NCBI GenBank assembly: GCA_977020255.1
Contig: CDROCS010002834.1
Location: 496,001 to 560,000, forward strand
Direction: 5' to 3'
DNA: 64,000 nucleotides
DNA from: Obrimoposthia wandeli
Taxonomy: Eukaryota
The notes under the pieces were generated by a model. The model searched no databases and was not told the origin of the DNA. It saw only the letters and a list, made by a program, of their open reading frames with translations. A program made the position numbers and the translations under genes. Positions 30,622 through 40,864 of the stretch are shown one piece after another (position 1 is the stretch's first letter; each line of letters opens with the position of its first letter).

Positions 30622-32220
30622 ATGCACTCATCAGCTTCACAACAAACACCACAACAACAGAAGAAAACGGTATTTACCCGATTTCTTGATACCGTAGAGT
30701 TTCTCGGTAACCTTTTACCTCACCCAATCACTCTTTTCGCACTTTTTTGTGTGGCGATTTTAGTCGCGTCTGGCATTGCCGGATATTTTGGCGTTTCTGT
30801 TATCGACCCTCGCCCAGAAGGTGCAGCAGGACGAGCAGCTGATGGCATGATTCATGTCGTTAGCTTATTTAACGCAGAAGGCTTACAGCTTATTGTTGCT
30901 AACCTTGTGAGTAACTTCACTGGTTTTGCACCATTAGGCACGGTACTTGTCGCCATGCTGGGTGTTGCGATTGCAGAATACTCAGGCCTACTGTCTGCCG
31001 CTATGCGTGGTCTTGTGATGGGTGCCTCTCGTCGCATGGTAACGCTGGTTGTGGTCTTTGCGGGTATCATCTCTAATACCGCATCAGAACTTGGCTACGT
31101 GGTTCTTATCCCTCTTGCAGCAATGCTATTCCATTCATTAGGTCGTCACCCTCTGGCGGGTTTAGCAGCAGCGTTTGCTGGTGTATCGGGCGGTTATAGT
31201 GCCAATTTACTGCTTGGTACGGTTGACCCTCTGCTTTCGGGTATCACTGAAACAGCAGCGCAAATGATTGATCCGAACTACCTCGTTGGCCCTGAAGCTA
31301 ACTGGTACTTCATGTTTGCATCCACATTTGCAATCACCATAATGGGTGCATTTGTTACCGAGAAAATTGTTGAGCCAAAACTAGGTAAATACAACGCCGA
31401 GGAAGCAAGTGAAGACCTTGCCGGTGATAAGATGGGTCAGCTTACCGATCTTGAAAAGAAAGGTCTTAAACTTGCAGGTTTGGCTGCTCTTGTTGTATCG
31501 GTATTGTTAGCAATGACTATCGTGCCAGCAGATGGCATTCTTCGTCATCCTGAAACAGGCTTGGTGTCGGGCTCTCCGTTCCTTCGTGGTATCGTTGCGT
31601 TCATTTTTGTATTCTTTGCTATTCCAGGTTTTGTTTACGGCAGAACCGTCGGCACAATGAAGAACGACCGCGATGTGATCAACGCGATGTCTAAATCAAT
31701 GTCGACCATGGGTATGTACATTGTATTGGTGTTCTTTGCTGCACAGTTTGTGGCTTTCTTCAAATGGACAAACTTCGGCCAAGTCTTCGCCGTTGGCGGT
31801 GCTGACTTCCTACAGTCTATCGGCCTAACGGGCCCAATGTTGTTCTTCGCCTTCATCTTGATGTGTGGTTTCATTAACCTAATGATCGGCTCAGCGTCTG
31901 CACAGTGGGCAGTAACAGCACCTATCTTTGTTCCGATGTTAATGTTGGTCGGTTACGCACCAGAGACGATTCAAGCGGCATACCGTATTGGTGATTCTGT
32001 CACCAACCTGATAACACCAATGATGAGCTACTTCGGGATGATTCTGGCTGTTGCTACGCGCTACCAGAAGAACCTCGGTTTAGGTACTTTGATTTCAATC
32101 ATGCTGCCTTACTCAATGATATTTGTGATTGGTTGGAGCATCATGTTCTACATCTGGGTATTTGTTCTGGGTATCCCGGTTGGTCCTGGCTCTGCAACCT
32201 ACTTTAATATCGCGGGCTAA
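30622..32220 (+). CDS. abgT: AbgT family (p-aminobenzoyl-glutamate) transporter
   Basis: LPHPITLF, GRHPLAG, GVSGGYSAN, RIGDSVTN; start at MHSSAS after GGAG. Confidence 0.93.
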   Translation: MHSSASQQTPQQQKKTVFTRFLDTVEFLGNLLPHPITLFALFCVAILVASGIAGYFGVSVIDPRPEGAAGRAADGMIHVVSLFNAEGLQLIVANLVSNFTGFAPLGTVLVAMLGVAIAEYSGLLSAAMRGLVMGASRRMVTLVVVFAGIISNTASELGYVVLIPLAAMLFHSLGRHPLAGLAAAFAGVSGGYSANLLLGTVDPLLSGITETAAQMIDPNYLVGPEANWYFMFASTFAITIMGAFVTEKIVEPKLGKYNAEEASEDLAGDKMGQLTDLEKKGLKLAGLAALVVSVLLAMTIVPADGILRHPETGLVSGSPFLRGIVAFIFVFFAIPGFVYGRTVGTMKNDRDVINAMSKSMSTMGMYIVLVFFAAQFVAFFKWTNFGQVFAVGGADFLQSIGLTGPMLFFAFILMCGFINLMIGSASAQWAVTAPIFVPMLMLVGYAPETIQAAYRIGDSVTNLITPMMSYFGMILAVATRYQKNLGLGTLISIMLPYSMIFVIGWSIMFYIWVFVLGIPVGPGSATYFNIAG

Positions 32221-32245
32221 TCTTCCTTAGATAAAAAACATCTTT

Positions 32246-32292
32246 AAGCCGAGATAGTTATCTTTAAACCAAGATAGTTATCTCGGCTTTTT
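32246..32292. terminator. Long-stem terminator after abgT containing two AGATAGTTATCT copies
   Basis: AAGCCGAGATAGTTATCT-N8-AGATAGTTATCTCGGCTTTTT. Confidence 0.75.
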
Positions 32293-32382
32293 CTTGCCTG
32301 CAATTCAAGGATATCTGGTGAAACGTCACGTGATATGACATCGTTATAGCACTACATACTTTTCATCGCTGGGCTACCTCTT

Positions 32383-33264
32383 ATGGATCTGCGTCTACTT
32401 CGTTTCTTTGTTGCTGTTTATGAAGAAAAGAATATTACTTTTGCGGCAGAACGTTGCTTTGTTTCTCAGCCATCAATTTCCAACGCGATTAAGCAATTAG
32501 AAGAAGAGCTCAATACACCATTATTTATACGCCACAAGAAAGGCGTAAATCTTACAGATGAAGCTCATTACCTATACCCATTAGCGATTCGGTTACTTAA
32601 CGACATCAATCGTTTGCCACAATTATTTCAGCAACGAACAGAATGCTTACCGCTCACTTTGGGCAACTTCCCCGATCTGAGTCAAAGCCAACTGGCACGC
32701 TTCTTAGCATTACTAACCCAACAAGTGCCCAATGTGCTGTTAGAGTTGGTCGATCATAGTGCGGAATCTGATGCGCGTATCACGTTAGATATGTTTAAAG
32801 CCGATGGTGAGATTTTCTTACCCCTGTGGGATGAAGATTATGTGTTATGCATGCTACCCAATCACCCACTTGCAGCTCTGGATAAAGTCACGCCACAACA
32901 ACTGCATCAGCATGATTTTATTGAGTGTCCGCCGTGTGAAGCCCACCAGCAAACCATCGGCCTATTAGCCTGTGATGGTTTGGCGGTAAATTTAGTCGCC
33001 AAAGCCGAACATAAAACGCAGGTAATGCACCTTGTTCAAGCAGGATTAGGTATTTCATTTCTACCAACTGGCGTACTAGAAACAGCTAAAGAACTCGTCA
33101 CGGTTCCCCTTGATGGCCCCCGTATGTTTCGCCGTCTGGGGTTATGCTACCCCGCCAATAAAACCCTCAACCCAGCGTTATCAGCGGCAGTAAAGGTACT
33201 TAGCCAGTATGCACACAGCGATCAGGCTGGCACGGTGCTTACCGAGAAAAACACCGAGAGTTAA
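32383..33264 (+). CDS. LysR family transcriptional regulator
   Basis: MDLRLLRFF...AAERCFVSQPSISNAIKQLEEEL HTH. Confidence 0.95.
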   Translation: MDLRLLRFFVAVYEEKNITFAAERCFVSQPSISNAIKQLEEELNTPLFIRHKKGVNLTDEAHYLYPLAIRLLNDINRLPQLFQQRTECLPLTLGNFPDLSQSQLARFLALLTQQVPNVLLELVDHSAESDARITLDMFKADGEIFLPLWDEDYVLCMLPNHPLAALDKVTPQQLHQHDFIECPPCEAHQQTIGLLACDGLAVNLVAKAEHKTQVMHLVQAGLGISFLPTGVLETAKELVTVPLDGPRMFRRLGLCYPANKTLNPALSAAVKVLSQYAHSDQAGTVLTEKNTES

Positions 33265-33356
33265 GTTTTATCTATCGCAACGATAAGTAAAATCGACTGT
33301 TTCAAATTACTGGTCAGATTTATGCTTGTGCTTCTATAGGATTTGAAGCACAGGTT

Positions 33357-34247
33357 TTGCCCATGAATATCACCCCATCAAGAGCACTCGTCGTAGAAGG
33401 CGGCGCAATGCGCGGAATATTTGCCAGTGGCGTATTAGATGCTTTTCTTGAAAATGGCTATATGCCGTTTGATTTTGCAATGGGGGTATCTGCGGGCTCG
33501 ACCAATCTATTAGGGTATTTAAGCGGCAATCATGGTCGTAGCCACCGGATCATTACTGATTACTCTCGTCGCCCTGAATTCATCAACTTTTCTCGCTTTA
33601 CCCATGGCGGACACTTAACCGATATTCGCTGGTTGTGGAATACAACGACTCGAGAATTGCCGCTCAATTTATTTCAATTCGAACAACGCAACATTCCCTT
33701 TTTTGCGACAACCACAAACGTTGAAACAGGGCTTGCTGCTTACACCGAAGTCACTCGCGAAAATGTAGCAGAAGTCATGATGGCATCGTGTGCTTTACCG
33801 CTCGCTTATCGTGACTACCCCACAGTGAGCCAAACGCCCATGAGTGATGGCGGTATTGCAGATTCAATTCCGGTTATCGAAGCATATCGACGTGGGGCAC
33901 GTAAAATCACCGTCGTACTTTCTCAACCATTAGGTTACCGAAAAAGTGACACCAAAGTGCCATGGCTATTACGATCGATGTTTCATCATCACCCACAATT
34001 AGCCGAAGCCTTGTTGCATCGCGCCAAGCGTTATAATGAAGCGTTAGATTTTATTCAACATCCACCCGCTGATTGTAAAATAACCATTATTGCGCCCAAT
34101 AAAACCTTTCAAGTGGGCCGTCTAACACGTCATTTAGGCAAACTGGAACATGGATATTTACTGGGGCAACAAGCTGGCTATCGACTTTGCGGGGTAGTGC
34201 CTTGTCATGGTGAGCATTGCTTTGATGGCCTTGGTTTAATGGTTTAA
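33357..34247 (+). CDS. Patatin-like phospholipase
   Basis: EGGAMRG, GVSAG nucleophile elbow, DGG. Confidence 0.92.
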   Translation: MPMNITPSRALVVEGGAMRGIFASGVLDAFLENGYMPFDFAMGVSAGSTNLLGYLSGNHGRSHRIITDYSRRPEFINFSRFTHGGHLTDIRWLWNTTTRELPLNLFQFEQRNIPFFATTTNVETGLAAYTEVTRENVAEVMMASCALPLAYRDYPTVSQTPMSDGGIADSIPVIEAYRRGARKITVVLSQPLGYRKSDTKVPWLLRSMFHHHPQLAEALLHRAKRYNEALDFIQHPPADCKITIIAPNKTFQVGRLTRHLGKLEHGYLLGQQAGYRLCGVVPCHGEHCFDGLGLMV

Positions 34248-34249
34248 GC

Positions 34250-35464
34250 TTACGACAGTTTTTCGTAATTATTGGTCCAATCAAGCGCCTGCTGATGGCT
34301 ACTGGCCACCAAGGTTTCTGGTATGCCCAATTCAGTGCAATATTCGCTGACCTTATGCCAATCAGCCTGCTCGTAAGCATCTAACAGTGCTAATACTTGC
34401 CCAAGCTGGCCTTGATGATGCAATAAGGCGGTTTGTACTTCATCTTGCAGGGGTAACAACGCCAGTAGCTGATCGAGCGAGCTGTCTAATAATGCATCCA
34501 ATAATGAGAACATCCCAGTCAGAAATGCCTGTTCAGATTTTGCCTTTAAATTACTGTTCGCCACCAAGACTTCGCACATCCGTGCCCGCTGCAGCGACAT
34601 TGAATACAACTCTTTCGGTTTGTTTAATGCGGCATGCGCGGTTGCAACCACCCCGACAAACATCCGTACTTTGTCTTCGCCCAAATACACCAATGCTTGT
34701 TTAAATGAACTGATGGGCTCAACAGCGCGCGTCATTGCGGTATTCACATAACGCAGCAATAAGTATGACAACGAGACATCGCTAGCAATGATTTGCTCAA
34801 CCGTTTTAAAGTTAACTGGCTCACGGCAAATTTCTTGCAGTAAGCGAACCGTTGTCAGTTTTTGCGGTTCAATTTGACGATTTTTTAGCAATTCTGGCTT
34901 ACTGAAAAAATATCCTTGAAAAAAGTGAAATCCCGCATCCAGTGATATTTGAAAATCTTGATGTGTTTCTACTTTTTCAGCTAAAAACTTTATTTTCCGG
35001 TGCTTATTTTCAGTCACAAAGGCACACGATTTTTCGATACCTAACTTGATCAAATCAAGTTTAATAATATGTACATAAGGTAGAAAACGCTGCCATTCAG
35101 CCGAAGCTTCAAAATCATCTAATGCAATTACGTAACCATTACGGTGTAAGTGCTTAATCGCAATAAATAACTCGTCATTAGGAATGCAAGTTTCAAGCAC
35201 TTCAATCACCACCCGCTTTTTAGGCAGCAGCAGTGGCAATAAACGAATTAGGCTTTCATGAGGAAAATTAATAAAGGTACGTTGACCAGCAGTTGCTAGG
35301 TTATCGCCCACAGCCATATAGTTTTCAACCAACAAACGACAAGTCGCTTTATTGGCTTCAATTAAGGGAAAGGCATTACTTTCACCATCGCGGAATAATA
35401 GCTCGTAACCGACAGTCCGTTGCTGGCGGTTTAAGATGGGCTGACGTGCAACGTATGAATACAT
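34250..35464 (-). CDS. cdgJ: EAL-HDOD domain c-di-GMP phosphodiesterase (CdgJ-like)
   Basis: ARQPI, GYELLFR, ALDDF, AEKVE, QGYFFSKP then HDOD-like domain; next to rhtB-pldB as I recall for V. cholerae cdgJ. Confidence 0.85.
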   Translation of the reverse strand: MYSYVARQPILNRQQRTVGYELLFRDGESNAFPLIEANKATCRLLVENYMAVGDNLATAGQRTFINFPHESLIRLLPLLLPKKRVVIEVLETCIPNDELFIAIKHLHRNGYVIALDDFEASAEWQRFLPYVHIIKLDLIKLGIEKSCAFVTENKHRKIKFLAEKVETHQDFQISLDAGFHFFQGYFFSKPELLKNRQIEPQKLTTVRLLQEICREPVNFKTVEQIIASDVSLSYLLLRYVNTAMTRAVEPISSFKQALVYLGEDKVRMFVGVVATAHAALNKPKELYSMSLQRARMCEVLVANSNLKAKSEQAFLTGMFSLLDALLDSSLDQLLALLPLQDEVQTALLHHQGQLGQVLALLDAYEQADWHKVSEYCTELGIPETLVASSHQQALDWTNNYEKLS

Positions 35465-35504
35465 GACGGTTAAAGTATCCTGTTATCCGTAAATAAAATG
35501 AGCA

Positions 35505-36128
35505 TTAAGCACGTGCTGATGCGAGTAATGCACCACAACCAATAAACATCGAGCCAAAGACACGGTTCAACGTGTTCATCACACGAGAAGATCGTATATA
35601 CCCTGTCAGTTTAGAAGCTAGTGATACATAACACAGCATAACGCAGGTATCGACCAATACCGTTGTCGCACCCAAGATAATAAACTGCATCATTTGCGGT
35701 TCATTCTGATTAATAAACTGTGGAAATAAGGCCACTAGAAAAATAATCGTTTTAGGGTTAGTCATATTCACCAATACGGCTTGGCGAAATAATGATTGAG
35801 CAGACACATTGTCGGCGGGTGTATCGAGATTAATAACGGCTTTTTCTTGCCATTTTTGCACACCTAACCAAACAAGGTAAATCACCCCCACCCATTTGAT
35901 GACCGAAAATGCCATCGCAGATTGAGCAACAACCGCCCCAAGGCCAATCCCAACCAATATAATATGAAAGGCCAATCCTGCTTGCAGACCGACTATCGAT
36001 GCTAATGATTTACGAAAACCATAAACCATGCCGTTACTGATCGAGTTCACTGTGCCCGAGCCTGGGGCAATACTAAATACTACCGCTGTCGCTAAATATG
36101 CCAACCAAACTTCAATATTCACAACCAC
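35505..36128 (-). CDS. rhtB: Homoserine/homoserine lactone efflux protein
   Basis: PGSG, GLGAVV, YLVWLG, NMTNPK. Confidence 0.93.
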   Translation of the reverse strand: MVVNIEVWLAYLATAVVFSIAPGSGTVNSISNGMVYGFRKSLASIVGLQAGLAFHIILVGIGLGAVVAQSAMAFSVIKWVGVIYLVWLGVQKWQEKAVINLDTPADNVSAQSLFRQAVLVNMTNPKTIIFLVALFPQFINQNEPQMMQFIILGATTVLVDTCVMLCYVSLASKLTGYIRSSRVMNTLNRVFGSMFIGCGALLASARA

Positions 36129-36392
36129 ACCTCATAGTGAATTTATTGGGGTTAAAATAATCAAGACTGCCCATGATCCACGCAGTTAACCGTAGAATGT
36201 CAGTGAAAGCAACCTGCGGATCATTATTCTGCCGTATCACTTTACGATATACTCTATGATCAAAGAAATTCGTAATATATAAGCGACCTATCTATGATTT
36301 AACTGTAATCATTAATTAAAATTAATGGCTCTATAATCAAATGGCTTTCATTTTTATTATTCATTTCCTATTTCGTCAGGCCGAGAGAAAAC

Positions 36393-37397
36393 ATGATAGC
36401 TCAACCTTTACATTATTTTGATTTTTCACAAGAAGACAGATACGCCGAGACAATGTCTGGGCCAGTAGCTGAAATGTGGAAACAACGCCAGGAAGGCACA
36501 TTCAAAGGTGTCGATGATCTCAATATTGGTTGGGTAAGCCTGACGGGTTACAACCATGATAAAGCGATTATTGTGGTGAATGGTCGTATCGAAAGCTATT
36601 GGAAATACCAAGAACTTTTCTACGATTTAGTCAAACAAGGGTACGATGTATATGCCATTGACCATCGCGGTCAGGGTATCTCCGATCGTTTAGCCAAAGA
36701 TAACGAATTAGGGCACGTTGAAGAGTTTGATGATTATGTTACCGATCTAAAAACCTTCTTTGATACCGTGGTAACCCCTAAAAAGTATCAACAACACTTT
36801 CTGCTTGGTCATTCAATGGGGGGAACCATCTCAACCCTATTCTTGGCAAAATACCCATCATTGATTAAACGTGCAGTACTAAGTGCACCGATGCACGGTA
36901 TCCTGTTGTCTAATTGGATGAAGCCAATCGCTTCCCCTTTTGCACGTGTCGTTGAGCAATTACAACGCCAACCTAATTATGCACCAGGGCAAGTACCTTA
37001 TTATCCCAAGCCTTTTCTCAATAATAAATTGTGCCAAAGCCAGATACGTTATCAATGGTTCCGCGACTTATATGAAAACAAACCAGCATTAAAAATTGGC
37101 GGACCCAGTGCTCGCTGGGTATGGCAAGGTATGGCGGCCGCGAATCGCTGCATTACACAAGCAGCGAACATAGCGACCCCTATACTGCTCATTCAGGGTA
37201 GCGATGATAATATTGTTGATAACCAAGCACACCATCGTTTTTGCCAAGCCATGAACCAAGCCAATCGCTCGTGTGAATTAAAAACCATTAATGGCGCGCG
37301 TCATGAATTATTGTTCGAAAAAGATGCTTATCGTAATACCGTGTTGGCCGCGACTTTTTCTCATCTGAACCAAGACAACAGCACACCATCAACATAA
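36393..37397 (+). CDS. pldB: Lysophospholipase L2
   Basis: NGRIESYWKY, DHRGQG, GHSMGG, RHELLFE. Confidence 0.93.
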   Translation: MIAQPLHYFDFSQEDRYAETMSGPVAEMWKQRQEGTFKGVDDLNIGWVSLTGYNHDKAIIVVNGRIESYWKYQELFYDLVKQGYDVYAIDHRGQGISDRLAKDNELGHVEEFDDYVTDLKTFFDTVVTPKKYQQHFLLGHSMGGTISTLFLAKYPSLIKRAVLSAPMHGILLSNWMKPIASPFARVVEQLQRQPNYAPGQVPYYPKPFLNNKLCQSQIRYQWFRDLYENKPALKIGGPSARWVWQGMAAANRCITQAANIATPILLIQGSDDNIVDNQAHHRFCQAMNQANRSCELKTINGARHELLFEKDAYRNTVLAATFSHLNQDNSTPST

Positions 37398-37530
37398 GTA
37401 AGTAAAAGCGGAAATTATGAAATCACACATTAGCCTCTTTTTTCTGACGTAAACTGGTTTAGAATTCATCATACTAATCAGGTACAGAGGTTATTGTGTG
37501 TATCTGCCCCCTGTTTGCATTGCGAGAATA

Positions 37531-38331
37531 TTCATGTACAAGATTGTTGCTTCAGATCTAGACGGTACGCTACTCACTCCAGACCACAAAATTGCACCAT
37601 TCACCAAAGACGTCTTAAACCGTTTACACCAGCAAGGTAAAGATTTTGTGTTCGCCACAGGCCGCCACCATATTGATGTTGCAGGTATGCGTGAACATAT
37701 TGGTATTCCTGCATACATGATCACCTCTAATGGTGCACGTGTGCATAATTGTAAGGGCGAGTTGATCTTCCAACAAAATGTTCAAGCAGAAGTCATCGCA
37801 GGCGTGATTGCATTAACCAAAGTCGACCCTGAACTCAAAATCCATATCTATCGCAACGACGATTGGCTATTAAATATGGAAGATAAATCGCTAAGCGAAT
37901 TTCATGATACGTTTAGTTACCAACTTTTTGATGTTGAAAATCCGCCATTAGAGGGTGTAGCGAAAATATTTCTCACCCGTGATGACCAAGATCATGACAA
38001 GCTGGTTGAATGGGAAGATCGCCTTAATGAACATTTTGGCAGCCGTGCCAATATTGCATTCTCGACCCCTTGGTGCTTAGAAGTGATGGATGCTGGCGTA
38101 TCAAAAGGTCATGCGCTAGAAGCGGTTGCGAAAGAAAAAGGCTATGCATTGCAAGACTGCCTCGCATTTGGCGATGGCATGAATGATGCTGAAATGCTGG
38201 CAATGGCAGGTAAAGGGTTAGTGATGGAAACCTCTCACGATAAAGTGAAAAAGGCGTTACCGAATAATGAAGTTATCGGCTCTTGTGCTGATGAAGCCGT
38301 GGCGCATTACTTAGCAGACAACCTGTTATAA
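37531..38331 (+). CDS. Cof-type HAD-IIB hydrolase (YigL-like)
   Basis: SDLDGTLL, ATGRH, SKG, FGDGMND; follows pldB. Confidence 0.94.
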   Translation, partial: FMYKIVASDLDGTLLTPDHKIAPFTKDVLNRLHQQGKDFVFATGRHHIDVAGMREHIGIPAYMITSNGARVHNCKGELIFQQNVQAEVIAGVIALTKVDPELKIHIYRNDDWLLNMEDKSLSEFHDTFSYQLFDVENPPLEGVAKIFLTRDDQDHDKLVEWEDRLNEHFGSRANIAFSTPWCLEVMDAGVSKGHALEAVAKEKGYALQDCLAFGDGMNDAEMLAMAGKGLVMETSHDKVKKALPNNEVIGSCADEAVAHYLADNLL

Positions 38332-38360
38332 GCATCTTTTTACGGTGAGTCGCATTATAT

Positions 38361-38387
38361 AAAAAGGCTGCCAACGCAGCCTTTTTT
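38361..38387. terminator. Bidirectional terminator
   Basis: AAAAAGGCTGC-CAAC-GCAGCCTTTTTT. Confidence 0.85.
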
Positions 38388-38415
38388 GATCATTGTCATC
38401 AGATAACATTGATAA

Positions 38416-38880
38416 CTAGAACTGCCCTGTCATCTGTAATATTGCCTGCCACTGCGTTTTCGTCACTGGCATAATGCTCAATCGATTACCTCGTTTCACT
38501 AAAGGCATCTCTTCTAACAACGGATTGGCTTTCATTCGCTTTAATGAAACAAGTCGTAAATGGCGCTGATATTCCACATCAACCATGATCCAGCGAGGAT
38601 TTTCGTGCTCAGATTTTGAGTCAAAATACGGACAGGTCGGATCGAATTGGAAATGATCGGGATAGGCTTCTTTCACGACGGTTGCAATACCAACCACCCC
38701 CACATCTTTACACGAAGAATGATAAATAAAGATCTGATCGCCTAATTTAACCTGATCACGCATCATATTTCGTGCCTGATAGTTACGAACCCCTTCCCAA
38801 CACGAAACTTTTTGCTGCTTTAAAGTGTCTATGGAAAAGGTATCTGGTTCGGTTTTAAATAACCAATAGCCCATAATCAT
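38416..38880 (-). CDS. EVE domain protein
   Basis: YWLFKTEP, WEGVRNYQARN, YHS, RLSIMPV. Confidence 0.95.
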   Translation of the reverse strand: MIMGYWLFKTEPDTFSIDTLKQQKVSCWEGVRNYQARNMMRDQVKLGDQIFIYHSSCKDVGVVGIATVVKEAYPDHFQFDPTCPYFDSKSEHENPRWIMVDVEYQRHLRLVSLKRMKANPLLEEMPLVKRGNRLSIMPVTKTQWQAILQMTGQF

Positions 38881-38926
38881 TCTCGTTGTATACTTTCACC
38901 CAAGCCTAACATGAAGAGGGATTTGC

Positions 38927-40021
38927 ATGACACATCCATGGATGCGAACAACGTTACCGATTGCCATTCTTATCGCCTTAACGGGTTGCTCGACATCTAC
39001 CCCTTTGTCATCTACATCGGGTATGATCGATCTCACGCCCCCTAAAGAGCCAACGCAACTCGGTAGTCGTTCAACGACGGTTGCCAAGACAACAGATGCC
39101 ACTGCGCAGGTAAATGATAGCGGAAAAGTACAAGCCTTTATGATGCGAGGCATGGTGACGCTCGGGCATGAAAGTAATAGCATTCAACCTTGTGGTAGCA
39201 CGCAACAATACTGGCTAACAACAGCAATATCTGATCGTGCTGCGCTTGAAAAAATCACCCCAAACGGCTACCAAGCTATGTATGCGGAAATGATTGGTTT
39301 CTTAGAGCCCGCTCCCGAAGAAGGCTTTGCCGCTAACTACGATGGTCGCTTTACAGTCAAACAAATCAACATGATTTCTGCTGAAATGAGTGGCGGCTGT
39401 AAACAACAACCGCATACAACACGCGCTTTTGGTAATGAACCCGGTTGGGCTGCTGAAATCAAAGATAAGCAAGTCACCTTAATTCAAATGGGTAAAGAGC
39501 GCCAAAGACAAGCAATTATCTCAACCTCATCCCTCTCGGGTAAGCAACAATATACAGGCAACGATTTCAACCTAACTCTCACCAAATCACAATGTAGCGA
39601 CACCATGAGCGATGCGTTATTTGGCTGGCAATCCACATTAGAGTGGCAAGGTAAGCAATTCAAAGGCTGTGCAACTATTGGCGCTACCGATGTCACTTTG
39701 AATTGGATTGGCGAGTATCAGAGTGGCACTCAAACCACCCAGAATACGGGTTTAACCACCACGTTAGTGCTTAACCCCGATCATTCAGCAACCACAACGT
39801 ACGCCTATACGAATGGTGATAACAGCCTTGTTGAAACAGGATTTTGGCAACAAGCCAATCAAAACACTGTGCAAGTTATGATGACACGCCATCAAGGTCG
39901 TCGTTTAAATGGCGAACGTTTATTTACGTTAAACGGCAAAACGCTAATCACAACAGAAGAAGTGGTTAACGGTCATGCTTATAGCCTTGGTCGTGACGGT
40001 TTACGGCTCGAGAAACAATAA
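38927..40021 (+). CDS. Multidomain lipoprotein (COG3650-like domain plus NlpE-N-like C-terminal domain)
   Basis: Lipobox LTGC; GNEPGW and CSDTMSD motifs; C-terminal TLVLNPD..A...Y...ETG.W. Confidence 0.65.
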   Translation: MTHPWMRTTLPIAILIALTGCSTSTPLSSTSGMIDLTPPKEPTQLGSRSTTVAKTTDATAQVNDSGKVQAFMMRGMVTLGHESNSIQPCGSTQQYWLTTAISDRAALEKITPNGYQAMYAEMIGFLEPAPEEGFAANYDGRFTVKQINMISAEMSGGCKQQPHTTRAFGNEPGWAAEIKDKQVTLIQMGKERQRQAIISTSSLSGKQQYTGNDFNLTLTKSQCSDTMSDALFGWQSTLEWQGKQFKGCATIGATDVTLNWIGEYQSGTQTTQNTGLTTTLVLNPDHSATTTYAYTNGDNSLVETGFWQQANQNTVQVMMTRHQGRRLNGERLFTLNGKTLITTEEVVNGHAYSLGRDGLRLEKQ

Positions 40022-40130
40022 AGCTGGATTCAAGCAATACATGTGTGGCTTGATATAATATTGCGGTTACCGTCGGGAAGTCGCGTCACTTCCCGTTTAC
40101 GTTATGCCATTTTATTTAAAGAGAACGTTT

Positions 40131-40712
40131 ATGCCTTGCCCGCGCTGTGGTTTCCAACACAACTGTATTTGCCATGCTGAACCCCAATCACTCACCAGTG
40201 CTGCGCATTTTGTTTTACTGACTCACCCCAAAGAGCTGAATAAAGACACCAATACCGGGGTATTAATGGAACGTACCCTACCTCATTGCCGCCGGGTTAT
40301 TTGGGATCGAGCCACACCGCCGAGCGAGCTTATCCAGCAATTAACCAACCCTCAATTTGACCCTTGGTTATTGTTTCCTAGTGATGAAACGCACCCTGCC
40401 AGTGATTTTCAACCAACGGATCAGAAAATACCTTTATTTGTCATTCTTGATGCGACCTGGCAAGAAGCACGAAAAATGGTACGTAAAAGCCCATGGTTAG
40501 CCGCGCTACCACGGTTGAGTCTAACGCCAAATTCCACGTCTGAATATCAGCTACGCCGTAATCAGCAGGCTGGTAATCTATGTACTTGTGAAGCAGGCAT
40601 CGCATTACTTTCACTGATCAACCAGCCACAACAAGCAGCCGAACTTGAGCAATACTTCAATGCTTTTATTGAAGTATTTCATGCGGATAAAAGCGGTCAC
40701 ACTAAAAGCTGA
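40131..40712 (+). CDS. DTW-domain tRNA-uridine aminocarboxypropyltransferase (TapT/YfiP-like)
   Basis: CPRCG...CIC, THPKE, NTG, LDATWQEARKM, LCTCEA. Confidence 0.92.
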   Translation: MPCPRCGFQHNCICHAEPQSLTSAAHFVLLTHPKELNKDTNTGVLMERTLPHCRRVIWDRATPPSELIQQLTNPQFDPWLLFPSDETHPASDFQPTDQKIPLFVILDATWQEARKMVRKSPWLAALPRLSLTPNSTSEYQLRRNQQAGNLCTCEAGIALLSLINQPQQAAELEQYFNAFIEVFHADKSGHTKS

Positions 40713-40744
40713 GTTACTACAACCGCGACGATTATTGTACAAAT

Positions 40745-40793
40745 TTGCATCATACTTTAAATACGCTATACTAAAACCGACTAATCAGTCGGT
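40745..40793 (+). promoter_or_regulatory. Sigma70 promoter with palindromic TetR-type operator at the start site
   Basis: TTGCAT (40745) - 16 nt - TATACT (40767), then ACCGACT-AATC-AGTCGGT (40776-40793). Confidence 0.7.
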
Positions 40794-40864
40794 ATCGGTG
40801 TTATTTAAACACGGCATCGAACTGTTCAGGATCTTTGTGCCCACTCACTCATGAGGCAATATCA

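Noticed and set aside
33357-34247. Patatin as a CBASS CapV effector
   Set aside because: No CD-NTase, Cap2/3 or other defence gene nearby; housekeeping context
38416-38880. EVE domain as a modification-dependent restriction system
   Set aside because: Stand-alone EVE with no fused or adjacent nuclease
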